From Candidatus Nanoarchaeia archaeon (GTDB taxonomy: Archaea; Nanobdellota; Nanobdellia; Woesearchaeales; SKIA01): a DNA stretch of 64,000 nt. The notes under the pieces are model-generated. The model saw nothing but the letters and a program-made list of their open reading frames with translations. It was not told the origin of the DNA and did no database searches. Below are positions 47,706-58,297 of this stretch, piece by piece. The DNA lies in the NCBI GenBank assembly GCA_028279685.1, contig JANQNG010000053.1:12347-76346 (forward strand). The letters run 5' to 3'. The number at the start of each line of letters is the position of its first letter. Positions within the stretch are counted from its first letter, which is position 1. Position numbers and translations under genes: made by a program.

Positions 47706-48359
47706 ATGGACAAGAAAGCCGTTAAGGAAGCTCTAGAGAAGCTCAGAAAAAATTCTAAGAAGCTTAAATTTAATCAATCTGTTGACTTAGTGATTAGTTT
47801 CTCCGGTCTTAATCTGAAAAATGCATCGCATCAGGTAGATTTCTATGTAAATCTTCATAAGACAAGAGGTAGAAAGATCAAAATATGTGCTCTAGTGGGG
47901 CCAGAGCTTAAGGAAGATGCTGCTAAAGTATGTGATAAAGCCATCCTTGCAGATGATTTCTCTAAATTTCAGAACAATAAAGCTGCACAGAAAAAGCTCG
48001 CGGAGGAATTTGATTACTTTATAGCGCAAGCTGATATTATGGCAAAAATTGCTCAGACGTTTGGTCGTATCCTTGGAACAAGGGGTAAAATGCCAAATCC
48101 TAAAGCAGGATGTGTTGTTCCTAAGAAGGCAAATCTTCAACCATTGTACGATAGACTACAAAAGCTTCTCAGAGTACAAGTAAAGAAAGAACCTGCGTTG
48201 AAAATATCTGTTGCAAAAGAGGATACTGATGATGATACGATCATAGATAATATTATGATAATATACGATCAATTAATTCATCACCTTCCAAGCGAAGAGC
48301 ACAATGTAAAGATAGTACAGTTGAAATTTACCATGAGTAAACCAGTGAGGATACGATGA
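47706..48359 (+). CDS. rpl1: 50S ribosomal protein L1
   Basis: KFNQSVDL, GRILGTRGKMPNPKAG, KFTMSKP; GGAGG SD and TTTATAAA box. Confidence 0.97.
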   Translation: MDKKAVKEALEKLRKNSKKLKFNQSVDLVISFSGLNLKNASHQVDFYVNLHKTRGRKIKICALVGPELKEDAAKVCDKAILADDFSKFQNNKAAQKKLAEEFDYFIAQADIMAKIAQTFGRILGTRGKMPNPKAGCVVPKKANLQPLYDRLQKLLRVQVKKEPALKISVAKEDTDDDTIIDNIMIIYDQLIHHLPSEEHNVKIVQLKFTMSKPVRIR

Positions 48360-49204
48360 AAGCACATATATCAGCAAAAAAGAAGGAAGTTGTGAATGGT
48401 ATAGTTAAATTGCTCAAGGAATATCCTATCATTGGTGCAATAAATATGGAGGGACTTCCTGCTAAACAATTGCAAAACATGAGAGAAACACTGAGAAAAG
48501 ATGTTGTTATCTTCATGGCAAAAAGAAGGCTTATCAACATAGCCATTGAGCATTCAAAGAAAAAGGGGCTAGAAAAACTCGTGCCATTTCTGGAAGGTAT
48601 GCCTGCATTGCTTTTTACAAAGGAGAACCCTTTCAAATTATTTAAGATTATCAAAAAGAACAAGAGCCCTGCTCCTGCTAAGGCTGGGCAGAAGGCTCCT
48701 AAAGATATTGTTATTCCTGCTGGTCCTACTCCATTTGCTCCAGGACCTGTTATTTCAGAATTAGCAAGCATTGGATTAAAAACAGGTGTTGAAAATGGCA
48801 AAGTTGCCGTTAAAGCAGATACGGTCGTAGCTGAAGAAGGAACAGAAATAAGTGGGAATCTCGCTCAGATGCTCACAAGATTAGGCATCACACCTATGGA
48901 AGTTGGACTTGATCTAACTGCTGTTTATGAAGAGGGAGAAATCTTAGACAAAAAAGTTCTTGACGTTGATGAGGAACAAACTATCAATGATCTCAAAAAT
49001 GCAGCTTCATGGGCTTTTAATTTAGCTATCTTTTCAGCAATAGCAAACAAAGATACTATTAATCACCTTATTATCAAGGCGTTAACCGAAGCAAAAGCTT
49101 TAGCTCTTGAAGGAGATATCATTACTGAAGATACCAAAAAGGATATATTTGCTAAGGCAGAAAGACAAGCAACAGCGGTTCATGCTCTTGTTCAAAACAA
49201 ATAA
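48356..49204 (+). CDS. rpl10: 50S ribosomal protein L10 (P0)
   Basis: APAKAGQKAP..GPTPFAPGP archaeal P0 motif; follows L1. Confidence 0.97.
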   Translation: MKAHISAKKKEVVNGIVKLLKEYPIIGAINMEGLPAKQLQNMRETLRKDVVIFMAKRRLINIAIEHSKKKGLEKLVPFLEGMPALLFTKENPFKLFKIIKKNKSPAPAKAGQKAPKDIVIPAGPTPFAPGPVISELASIGLKTGVENGKVAVKADTVVAEEGTEISGNLAQMLTRLGITPMEVGLDLTAVYEEGEILDKKVLDVDEEQTINDLKNAASWAFNLAIFSAIANKDTINHLIIKALTEAKALALEGDIITEDTKKDIFAKAERQATAVHALVQNK

Positions 49205-49224
49205 TGATTACGGAGGTATAAAAA

Positions 49225-49533
49225 ATGGAATATGTTTATGCGGCAATGGTTTTGCATAAGGCGGGAAAGAAAGTAGATGAAGCTTCTCTTAAGAAAGTGC
49301 TTGAAGCAGCTGGTGTCAAAGCTGATGATGGCAGAGTTAAAGCAATGGTTGCAGCACTTGATGGTGTCGATATCGATGCAGCAATCAAAGAGGCTGCTGC
49401 TGCCCCTGTAGCTGCTGCACCTGCGGCTGCTGCTCCAGAAGGTGGCGATGCACCTGCAGAGAAGAAAGAAGCTAAAAAAGAAGAGAAGAAGGAAGAAGAC
49501 ATGGGCGCTGGACTAGGTGCGCTCTTCGGCTGA
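49225..49533 (+). CDS. rpl12: 50S ribosomal protein L12 (P1/P2)
   Basis: [11 protein letters not shown]..Ala-rich hinge..GLGALFG. Confidence 0.98.
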   Translation: MEYVYAAMVLHKAGKKVDEASLKKVLEAAGVKADDGRVKAMVAALDGVDIDAAIKEAAAAPVAAAPAAAAPEGGDAPAEKKEAKKEEKKEEDMGAGLGALFG

Positions 49534-49561
49534 TTCCCTCTTATAATATTGGTGATACGTC

Positions 49562-50572
49562 TTGCTGAGTGAGACTGAAAAAGAAAAACTAATAGCGGAT
49601 CTTGAAGAACTGCAGAAGCACATCAATGAGAAAAAAAAACATGTCTCCAAAATCAATAAAGAGAAGGAGAAATGGTTCTCAGAGAAACGTAAGTATGGTA
49701 GAGATATCGCTGAAAAAATTGGCAGTTTTAAGGAACAACGCTCAGCAAGAAATGAAATAACAGGTTCTATAAAGGAAAAGAAAGAGAAACGGAAAGAATT
49801 CAATAAGGTTATTCGAAAGAAGATAGAAGAGATTAAGAAATATAAAAAAGAAAAAGATGATATTCTGAAGAAGCATAATCTTCGAGGAGACCCTTCAAAG
49901 ATTAAGAAAACTATTAATGATATGGAGTTTAAGCTTGAGACTGTTCCTATGAGCTTCAAGAAAGAACAGGAGATGAACAAGAAACTCAAGGAGCTAAGAA
50001 AACAGCTTAATGAATATAAGGCGGTAAAAGCCCAAATAGACAAAATAGGATCGCTTTCAAAAGAAATAGATAAGCTTAAGAAAAACTCTGATGAGGTGCA
50101 TGAGGGCATCCAGGAACAAGCAAAGGAAGGCCAGGGAGTTCATGAAGATTTGATTAGTAATTCTAAGGAAATTAATAGTCTAAAGAAGAAAGAAAAAGAA
50201 GCAACCAAAAATTTTACTGAGATGAAGGAGAAATATCAGCATCTTAACAATGAAATGAAAGAACTTAGAGATAAAGCAGATGAAATCAGGAGCAAGCTCA
50301 AAGAAAACAACATTGCTGTTGCTGAGGAAAGAAAGAAATCAGATATGCAGATTCTCAAAGAAAAAGGAAAAGAAGTAGAAGCAAAGATTAAGAAGAAGGC
50401 TAAGCTGACAACTGAAGATTTACTGGCATTGCAAGGCCTGAATAAAAAAGAAGAACATAAACCTAAGAAAAAAGGTTCAAAAAAGACTGAGAAGAAAGAA
50501 AAGACTAGTGTTAAAAAAAAAGAAACTAAGAAAAAAGAGACAAAAAAGAAAGAAGATTCAAAAGAGAAATAA
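49562..50572 (+). CDS. Archaeal long coiled-coil protein with Lys-rich tail
   Basis: Heptad K/E-rich; EFKLET..EQE and KLTTEDLLALQ motifs of the COG1340-like family. Confidence 0.75.
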   Translation: MLSETEKEKLIADLEELQKHINEKKKHVSKINKEKEKWFSEKRKYGRDIAEKIGSFKEQRSARNEITGSIKEKKEKRKEFNKVIRKKIEEIKKYKKEKDDILKKHNLRGDPSKIKKTINDMEFKLETVPMSFKKEQEMNKKLKELRKQLNEYKAVKAQIDKIGSLSKEIDKLKKNSDEVHEGIQEQAKEGQGVHEDLISNSKEINSLKKKEKEATKNFTEMKEKYQHLNNEMKELRDKADEIRSKLKENNIAVAEERKKSDMQILKEKGKEVEAKIKKKAKLTTEDLLALQGLNKKEEHKPKKKGSKKTEKKEKTSVKKKETKKKETKKKEDSKEK

Positions 50573-50579
50573 TGTTACG

Positions 50580-51392
50580 ATGACACTGTATCTAATTGGC
50601 ATAGGTTTGTATGATAAGAAGGATATTTCTATTAAAGGACTTGAAATTATAAAAAAATGCTCTGTTATCTATTTAGAATATTACACTTCTCTCCTCCATA
50701 ATGCACTTGATGAATTATCAGAATACTATGGTAAAAATATTGTGAAAGCTGATAGAGCAATGGTTGAACAAGGATGCGACGAGATATTGGAGAGAGCTGA
50801 AAATGAAAATGTTGCATTTTTAGTTGTTGGTGATGTGTTTGGTGCTACAACACATACCGATCTATTTTTGAGAGCTAGAGAAAAAGGAGTTACTGTTGAA
50901 GTGATTCATAATGCTTCAATACTGAATGCAGTTGGCTTAGTTGGATTGGAATTGTATAAATATGGAAAAACAACAAGTATTGTTTTCCCTGATAATAATT
51001 GGTTGTCGGAAACCTCTTATGATGTCATTAAAATGAACAAGAAGAATGATCTCCACACTCTTTGCCTTCTTGACATTAAAATAGCTGAACCCTCAAAAGA
51101 AGACTTGCTCCGTGGCAAAACAGACACTCCAAGACCTTCACGATTCATGAAAATTCATGAAGCGATAGATGTCTTACTTCGTATTGAGAAAGTGAGAAAT
51201 GAAGGCATCTTCAGTGAAGATACATTATGCATTGGAGTAGCTAGACTAGGAGCAGAGAGCAAAGAACAGAAGATTGTAGTAGGTAAAGCAAAAGATCTTC
51301 AGAAGATTGATTTTGGAGAACCTTTGCATTCTTTGATTATTCCTGGAAAACTGCATCATATTGAGGAAGAGATGTTGGCCTTGTGGAAATAA
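50580..51392 (+). CDS. dph5: Diphthine synthase
   Basis: LYLIGIGL, YLEYYTS, GDVFGATTH, YKYGKTTSI, LHTLCLLDI. Confidence 0.96.
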   Translation: MTLYLIGIGLYDKKDISIKGLEIIKKCSVIYLEYYTSLLHNALDELSEYYGKNIVKADRAMVEQGCDEILERAENENVAFLVVGDVFGATTHTDLFLRAREKGVTVEVIHNASILNAVGLVGLELYKYGKTTSIVFPDNNWLSETSYDVIKMNKKNDLHTLCLLDIKIAEPSKEDLLRGKTDTPRPSRFMKIHEAIDVLLRIEKVRNEGIFSEDTLCIGVARLGAESKEQKIVVGKAKDLQKIDFGEPLHSLIIPGKLHHIEEEMLALWK

Positions 51393-51488
51393 GTTATTAA
51401 ATTATTAAAAGAGGACAGCATTCATCGTATCATAAGTTTTTGCGCTCAAGAACCAAATGCTAAAGGAAACGAAGGGAAAAAGCCTATT

Positions 51489-51749
51489 GTGCTTATTGAA
51501 GGAATTGAAGAGGTTTTTTTCAATCTTGATTTTTCTCATGTTCCTGAAGAGAAATACAATTCTATTTTAGAATTGGGAGGTGTTCTGCCAAAAGGTATTG
51601 GAAATAGTCTTCGAGCCACTTTCCAAAGTTATAATGGAGGACTCATTTGCGGAACAGTGTTGGATTCCAAGAGTAGAAAATATGATGCTACACTAGGGAA
51701 CGAATATTATATGTTTTATGGGGAATGTTTTGGCATGATGATTAAATAA
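51489..51749 (+). CDS. Hypothetical protein (start uncertain)
   Basis: ORF fills the gap; frame is open back to the dph5 stop. Confidence 0.4.
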   Translation: MLIEGIEEVFFNLDFSHVPEEKYNSILELGGVLPKGIGNSLRATFQSYNGGLICGTVLDSKSRKYDATLGNEYYMFYGECFGMMIK

Positions 51750-51750
51750 T

Positions 51751-52860
51751 TCAATGATCAATCTTATATCGTAGAATGGCAGCAATCTTACCTATATCTT
51801 TCAATTGAACCCCTTCTCGAGTCTCAACACTAATAATTTCTACTTTAGTACTCATTGCTTCTGCTTTCTCTTCAATATCAGCAACGGTAGCATCGTCGAT
51901 AATTTCAGAAATCAATACCGTATCAGCGGCACCCATTTTGATAGCTCGCAACACCTCTTCTTGACCATAAGCAGCTAATCCTGTATCTTTTGAAAGATGC
52001 TCGAAGAACTGATGCATCAATCGCTTCTCATGCATTACTTCTTCTTTAGCTAATACATCATCGCATTTATCCAGTAATTCCTGCAATCCAAAATCCCCTG
52101 TATACCCTAAATCCTTCACAGCAATAATTTTTTGTTTAAGCTCATTGGTTAATCCACTTTTTTCTATGAATTCCTCTTTGCTTTTTCCAGGGCCTCCAAC
52201 AAGAATTCCTTTGATCTCATTCTTTCCAAGAAATTCATCTTTAGCATGTTCTGCCATACGCTTATAGAATTCTAGTGCAGCACCATCTCGTAATCGCTCA
52301 AAACGCGCAGCAGATTGTCCTCCTGTTTTGTGTTTTCCTGGAACCGCAGATCCTGATTTTACAAGAGGTATGATTGTTTTTCCTTTAAGCAATGCAAGAT
52401 TCCCTTCACGTTTATCAAGTACAATCATCCCAAACATAATATCGTCATCAAGCATATCTTGCAGAACATCAAGTACAAAGACTTTATCACAACGATATAA
52501 TCGCTGTTTCATAGGTAGAGGAGGTTCAATACTCCATACTTTGTAATCCTGCTGACCTTCGCGTTCAGCTACATTACCAGAAAACGCTGCTAATCCATGG
52601 GGAGGAGTCTTCGGATATGTTTTGAGATGCTGAATCATTTTCTCTAACGCGGTAATTACATTATCTCTTGTGGATTTGCTCTTAATATTAGTGGCGGTAC
52701 CTTGCTCCTGGAAGAGATGCTCAGTAATCTTATTGAGCTCATAACCTTGAGGCACATATACGGTAACAAGCTCGGTATGCCTGCCTCGATAACCTTCAAG
52801 CTCTTTTACGAACTGCTTGAGCTTGAATTTCTCTTTTGCAGTCATGGTGTGTTCTGTCAT
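51751..52860 (-). CDS. prf1: Peptide chain release factor aRF1
   Basis: NIKS, YRCD, GGQSAARF. Confidence 0.98.
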   Translation of the reverse strand: MTEHTMTAKEKFKLKQFVKELEGYRGRHTELVTVYVPQGYELNKITEHLFQEQGTATNIKSKSTRDNVITALEKMIQHLKTYPKTPPHGLAAFSGNVAEREGQQDYKVWSIEPPLPMKQRLYRCDKVFVLDVLQDMLDDDIMFGMIVLDKREGNLALLKGKTIIPLVKSGSAVPGKHKTGGQSAARFERLRDGAALEFYKRMAEHAKDEFLGKNEIKGILVGGPGKSKEEFIEKSGLTNELKQKIIAVKDLGYTGDFGLQELLDKCDDVLAKEEVMHEKRLMHQFFEHLSKDTGLAAYGQEEVLRAIKMGAADTVLISEIIDDATVADIEEKAEAMSTKVEIISVETREGVQLKDIGKIAAILRYKIDH

Positions 52861-52883
52861 AATACACTGAAAAGAAGTGTTGT

Positions 52884-53330
52884 TTATAAATATTTACGTA
52901 GAATCCTATCATAAGGTAATGCAAAATTAACAAGAATTAAATCATTGAAATAGGATTTTGGGAGTTTTTTATCATTCTCTACTGTAAATTTACCATCTTT
53001 TCTTGTTTGATACCAAACAGGAAATTGCTTTTTAATAAATTGTTCAGTGTCTCTATAGGTTTGTCCAACATTTCCTGTACAAATGATTTTGGCAAGAGAT
53101 ACAGAGGAATCATTCTCTTCTGATCTATAAATAAGCACTTTCAAAACTTTAGATTTCAATGTCATATGAAAGGAAAAGACTCCCATATCAGAAATACCAA
53201 CAAACCAATCATCATATTCTAAGGGATTGATAGGTTCTGTTGGTGTATGTACATCCATTAATTTATTACTTATACCAGTAATGCTTGGTTTCTGCCTATC
53301 TTCATGTTCCATCCTGATAGAAATACACAA
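52884..53330 (-). CDS. Hypothetical protein
   Basis: ORF fills the gap; likely start at MEHED. Confidence 0.5.
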   Translation of the reverse strand: MCISIRMEHEDRQKPSITGISNKLMDVHTPTEPINPLEYDDWFVGISDMGVFSFHMTLKSKVLKVLIYRSEENDSSVSLAKIICTGNVGQTYRDTEQFIKKQFPVWYQTRKDGKFTVENDKKLPKSYFNDLILVNFALPYDRILRKYL

Positions 53331-53420
53331 TTATTATATAAACCTTTTTAATAGAACTACTATGAAATGAGTAATTAATATTTTGGTTAACATTATAAAT
53401 GTGCAATTATTGATGATTCC

Positions 53421-53894
53421 ATGATCAAAGAAATCCTCTATTTATTCCTCATAACGCTTGTGCCTGCGATAGAGCTAAGAGGATCTATACCTTATGGAAT
53501 ATTATTTACTGATCTCCATTGGTTTGCCGTGTTTATTATCTGCTTAATCAGTAATATTATATTGGGGGTGGTATTCTATTTGCTCATTGATTTTCTGCTT
53601 AAGTATATTATTCTGAAAATACCATTTATGCATAAGCTTTGGAAGAAGTACATAGCTCGATTGCAGAAAAAGGCAGAGAAGCCTGTTGAACGATATGGAG
53701 CATGGGCAGTAGCGTTCTTTATTGCTATTCCTTTGCCTGGATCAGGCAGTATCAGCGGAGGTATCATTGCCTATCTCTTTGGATTGGAGAAAAAGAAATT
53801 CTTTTTAGCTAATGCATTAGGTGTCTTCGTTGCTGCAATCTTGGTAACAGCAATTGTATTAAGTGGTTCTAGTCTATTTGGCGTGCTACACTAA
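53421..53894 (+). CDS. Small multi-drug export family membrane protein (COG2426-like)
   Basis: LVPAIELRGSIP, FIAIPLPGSG. Confidence 0.88.
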   Translation: MIKEILYLFLITLVPAIELRGSIPYGILFTDLHWFAVFIICLISNIILGVVFYLLIDFLLKYIILKIPFMHKLWKKYIARLQKKAEKPVERYGAWAVAFFIAIPLPGSGSISGGIIAYLFGLEKKKFFLANALGVFVAAILVTAIVLSGSSLFGVLH

Positions 53895-55115
53895 TTTGAT
53901 CTTTTTGCATCTTGATATTACATTAGTAGAATTAAGGATGTCTTTGCAAAGCTTCATCACATCAGTATATACTCTCTTCACTTCAGCATATAATCGCTTA
54001 TTCTTCTCATAGGCATTCTTATGCTTTTCCTTGAATGATTTGCATGCATCTTTTGCATTTATTGGAGGACCTTCTCTTATCGTGGTGTTGCTTAACTTAT
54101 TGGCCTTCACAATAATATAAAAAACTCCTTTCTTATTGAATTCAAAATCTCCATCTAATATCCCGAAATCATAATGTTTGAGTTGCTTTTGAATATGCTC
54201 ATAGATCTTATACAACTTCGTTCCTGCTACGTCTTTGCTTCCTTCGACAGGAATAGCTTCGAATGCAATGAAGAAGTTTTCTTTTGATGTATTTTTTTTA
54301 ATATTATGAAGGCTCATAGGGGTTTCAACAAAGCATTCTTGTGAAGGATTATCGAGGAATAAAGCAGCTTTCTCCTTAAACAAGGAGAATTGTTTCTTAC
54401 TTAAGGCAGCAGCAGCATTTCTGCAAGGCTGTACTGGATCAACAAGAATTAATGGAGATATAGTTTTTGCTCCATTAAGTTCTTCCATAACATTTTTTTC
54501 TTTATAGTGATCTTCAATATCAATAATTACGCGATCTTTCCATCGAGATGCATGATCAACTAACTTTTCAAATGAACCATAATAAATAATAAGCAAATCG
54601 ATCACATGGCCTGAAAATCCATTAATATACGATTCAGCGCCGTATATTTTTGCAGCTTTGCAGAATTTTTTAGCGAGTCTAATTTCATCTTTTTGACTTT
54701 CTTTTAAGTGCTTTTTTACCCAAGCAACATGCAAGGGACTCATATCAGTCACATTGACTGCCTCTTTTGGTTTCTCCACCCTCCGCACAGGTACAATCTC
54801 AAAGTGTAATCCCTTATGCAAAAATTGGAAGTAATCCCTGCTGCCATGGATTCTCACAGGATTAAAGTCTTTTAGTACAGGTTCGAGCATATCAGATAAA
54901 GTAGTATCATCATATTGAGGATCAAACCTAACAAACACATCAACATCAAAGTCTCCTTTTAAGAATGTTTCCTTGGCAAAGCTGCCCCCTAGCACAGCTT
55001 CCGCATCAATATACTTAAGATTATCATTGATTTGTTGAATGATTCTCATGACTTCATCTATCTTAATTTTTTTCGGTCTAATATGCTCCTTTACCTGTTC
55101 AAATAAATCAGCCAT
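53886..55115 (-). CDS. cca: Archaeal class I CCA-adding enzyme
   Basis: GGSFAKETFLKGDFDVD, YGAESYINGFSG, DPVQPCRNAAAALS. Confidence 0.93.
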   Translation of the reverse strand: MADLFEQVKEHIRPKKIKIDEVMRIIQQINDNLKYIDAEAVLGGSFAKETFLKGDFDVDVFVRFDPQYDDTTLSDMLEPVLKDFNPVRIHGSRDYFQFLHKGLHFEIVPVRRVEKPKEAVNVTDMSPLHVAWVKKHLKESQKDEIRLAKKFCKAAKIYGAESYINGFSGHVIDLLIIYYGSFEKLVDHASRWKDRVIIDIEDHYKEKNVMEELNGAKTISPLILVDPVQPCRNAAAALSKKQFSLFKEKAALFLDNPSQECFVETPMSLHNIKKNTSKENFFIAFEAIPVEGSKDVAGTKLYKIYEHIQKQLKHYDFGILDGDFEFNKKGVFYIIVKANKLSNTTIREGPPINAKDACKSFKEKHKNAYEKNKRLYAEVKRVYTDVMKLCKDILNSTNVISRCKKIKLV

Positions 55116-55213
55116 AGACTTCATAATCTCTCGATAGTATAAAAAGATACTCTTCTGAAAACGGGAAATATTTATAAATGGCATAGACGAAGTATTAATA
55201 AAGAGGTGTATCG

Positions 55214-56446
55214 GTGGACGCATTACTGTATTTGACAGGGATATCTATTATTCTTATCATTGGCATTTTTGCCACCGTTTTCTCGAATAAGCTAAAAATA
55301 GCCAATGTATTGCCTTTACTCTTAGTTGGTATTGCATTGAGTGGAGCAGGAGAGCTTTTTACCTTTTCAGAAACATTCCTTCTTGCCATGGCTATAATTA
55401 CTCTTGTTATGGTTGTGTTTGAAGGATCCTCAAAACTCAAACTTAAGGAGTTAGATAGTCTTTCCAATGATGCATTACGACTAATTATTGTATTTGTCCT
55501 TCTTAACTTAGTTATCATGACTGTTTTTACTTTTCTTCTCTTTTTTGCTACTGGTACCTTCTCTTGGGCTAATATTCTTGCCTCTGCAATCTTTTCTATA
55601 GCAATGACAAGTACTGATGCAGGAGCGGTAATGGTGATGTATAAGAATGCTTCAGGATATCGTCTTAATCATATCTTAAAACGCATCCAGATGGAATCGG
55701 TAGTGAACACTCCTATTCTTTTTATCCTTGTTTTCATCTTGCTAGATCTCATTACAGCAATGGGTAATAAAGGACAACTTAGTCTTCTCATTGTAGGAAC
55801 GGTATTAGCAAAACAAATAATTATCGGACTAGGGACAGGCCTCGTTATAGGAATTGTTATCTTTAAAATCATGAAAAAAATCTACTCTTCGCAACTTTCA
55901 CCAATTGGTATGATCGGTGCAATCCTTATCGCATATGTGCTTTCAGAGAATCTTGGAGGGGATGGGGTGCTTAGTGTTGCAACATTAGGTATCTTCTATG
56001 GTGCAGTCACATTACGACAAAAAGAAACATTATCATTCTTTAGTACCACCTTGTCTAATTTCTTTGAAATTTTTGTTTTTGTTTTTTTAGGGCTAATTAT
56101 TAAGATACCTTTGACTCTTGAATTCTTTCTGAAATCATTGTTACTTTTCATGGTGCTCCTTGTTGTTCGTTATATCTCTGTACGAATTTCTTACAAGAAG
56201 CATAATCTCACTAAGAAGGAGATGCTTTTCATTTCTACATCAATGCCAAAAGGAATCACAACAGCAGTATTGACATTTTCTTTCATGATATTGGGATTTT
56301 CTGGTGTAGATCAAATTATAAGTCTTATGTTTGCATCTATTATCTATTCAGTTATATTGAGTACCATTGTGCAGAAACTCAGTGGAAAGCTTATTGTTGA
56401 AGAACACCATGAGAAAACAGCTGAGAAAGATCATGTTGCTTCATAG
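55214..56446 (+). CDS. CPA1-type cation:proton antiporter
   Basis: About 12 TMs; STDAGAV, ESVVN, PKG motifs. Confidence 0.88.
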   Translation: MDALLYLTGISIILIIGIFATVFSNKLKIANVLPLLLVGIALSGAGELFTFSETFLLAMAIITLVMVVFEGSSKLKLKELDSLSNDALRLIIVFVLLNLVIMTVFTFLLFFATGTFSWANILASAIFSIAMTSTDAGAVMVMYKNASGYRLNHILKRIQMESVVNTPILFILVFILLDLITAMGNKGQLSLLIVGTVLAKQIIIGLGTGLVIGIVIFKIMKKIYSSQLSPIGMIGAILIAYVLSENLGGDGVLSVATLGIFYGAVTLRQKETLSFFSTTLSNFFEIFVFVFLGLIIKIPLTLEFFLKSLLLFMVLLVVRYISVRISYKKHNLTKKEMLFISTSMPKGITTAVLTFSFMILGFSGVDQIISLMFASIIYSVILSTIVQKLSGKLIVEEHHEKTAEKDHVAS

Positions 56447-58176
56447 GCTAGAGCGTAGAGTTCTGGATCGTGGGCAGATTTCTTCAAAACTGTACCGAAA
56501 GCAAGAGCAAGAAGAAACTGGGTTGATTTTCTTCCTTTGAGCATTCTTATAGTTCCTTTCCTAAGATTTTCATTATCCTTATATGTGTGAGGGTATCCGA
56601 ATTTACTATTCAAAATAGGATGTTCATAGATATTGAGAAGCATATCGAGCAGTCCGATTTTCTGTTCATTCTCTTTCATAACAAGATATTCAATAATCGT
56701 TTTGTTCTTTTTCGTAAGATCCTTATCTTTCTCAATATTCTTCACGAAGTGTAAAATCCAATTAGCCTTACTATTCTTCATACTATTTTTGAATTCTTCA
56801 ATAACATGTTCAGCATAAGCTATATCTTCATCATTGAATTCTTTCAGCCATTTGCATTTTCGTTTTACGGGGTCAATAAAAAACTCCTCTGAAGAGAGCA
56901 GAGACTGTTCTGCTGTCTCACTATGATAATATTGACAATGAAGAGCAATTTTGAGAAGGTTATTCCCAACCAGATTTGCAATGGCCCTTCGCTTAGTCTC
57001 TACATAAGGAAGAAGATGTTGATCTTTTTCCGGATTGTTTCGGATGTACCACTCCGCTGCCTTTACTCCAACATAACCTTTCAACGAAGTCTTAATCACT
57101 TTTGGATTCTCAAATGCTTTGTCCCAATCGATATAATGATCAAATCTTAAGACAGGGAGAAAGTGAGGAATTCTTCTTCCAACAGTATGAACAATCTTAC
57201 GAGCAACACGATATTGTTTGCTATCTCTTGGAAATCTTTTCTGGAACCATCTTCTCATCTCTCTTCCTTTACTGACTATAAATTTCTCATCCGCTATTTG
57301 AAGAGTACCATTATTGTTATAGATATCTCCAAGTTTTGTTATTAGTCCATCAAAGCGCTTTTTCACTCTCTCTATATGATCAACATAGATAATTTCCCCC
57401 TTTGCATTGAGAATTGGTTTTCTCCTTGGGAGATTGGATTCAGTCTCTTTGATAAATTCCATTGATTTTCCTGGTTGTGGTCTTCTATCGAGTACTTCGA
57501 GATTGCGTAAAAGTTTTTTGCTGTCGCTCTTGATAAACTTAAGTGCAGCTTCTTTGGAGAGATTCTCTCTTGCATAATCTCTGAGGTGTTTGATAATTTT
57601 GGCCACAGAGACACCTTCTTCTTCATCAATATCATGAAGAATGTCACTAATAATATTAATGTAATCAACGCTCTGTTCGTACTCTTTGCTATAGGTTCCT
57701 TCCTTGATAAGAATTTCTGCTGTCTTTATCGCAGATTCCATCTCAATGAGCGCTGTTTCAAGAACATGACTGAGATAATATGTTTTGTCGTTTCTTTCTT
57801 TGTATCCATGATTCAATGCAGCATAGCGTATTGTTTCAGCAATAAGCAAAATTTGATCCTCAGTGAATTGTGGTGCAATGTAAACACTACTTGGCGCTTT
57901 CTCAAACATGCTTTCCTCAGTTATTAATTCAAGAGGAGATAATTCCTGAGTCTGCTCATCATAGAGTTGCAGCGATTCTGAGAGTGTATCATTTTCATAA
58001 TCATCTGAGCTTATATCTTCAGTAGGAAGATGACGTGCAATCTCTCTTGAGAATAGAGATTTAGTATAGGTAACAATGAATTGATTATTTACTTTCCTGC
58101 AGTTTCTTAAGATGAGTTCAATAACAGAAGGGTTGATGCTGGTATAGTTAATTCGAGGATTGTCTAGCTTACTCAT
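56431..58176 (-). CDS. HD-domain protein, RelA/SpoT hydrolase (Mesh1/SAH)-like, with long extensions
   Basis: YAALNHGYKERNDKTYYLSH, LHDIDEE, KLGDIYNN. Confidence 0.65.
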   Translation of the reverse strand: MSKLDNPRINYTSINPSVIELILRNCRKVNNQFIVTYTKSLFSREIARHLPTEDISSDDYENDTLSESLQLYDEQTQELSPLELITEESMFEKAPSSVYIAPQFTEDQILLIAETIRYAALNHGYKERNDKTYYLSHVLETALIEMESAIKTAEILIKEGTYSKEYEQSVDYINIISDILHDIDEEEGVSVAKIIKHLRDYARENLSKEAALKFIKSDSKKLLRNLEVLDRRPQPGKSMEFIKETESNLPRRKPILNAKGEIIYVDHIERVKKRFDGLITKLGDIYNNNGTLQIADEKFIVSKGREMRRWFQKRFPRDSKQYRVARKIVHTVGRRIPHFLPVLRFDHYIDWDKAFENPKVIKTSLKGYVGVKAAEWYIRNNPEKDQHLLPYVETKRRAIANLVGNNLLKIALHCQYYHSETAEQSLLSSEEFFIDPVKRKCKWLKEFNDEDIAYAEHVIEEFKNSMKNSKANWILHFVKNIEKDKDLTKKNKTIIEYLVMKENEQKIGLLDMLLNIYEHPILNSKFGYPHTYKDNENLRKGTIRMLKGRKSTQFLLALAFGTVLKKSAHDPELYALAYEAT

Positions 58177-58297
58177 GATGTTAGAACGAGGAGAAACTTT
58201 ATATGAATTTCGCCAATCTTCACTTTTAAGTAAAAATTAATTGTAGATCATTTTGAGCACTCATTAACTTTAAAAGCAATAGTACTATTCTTCTCTT

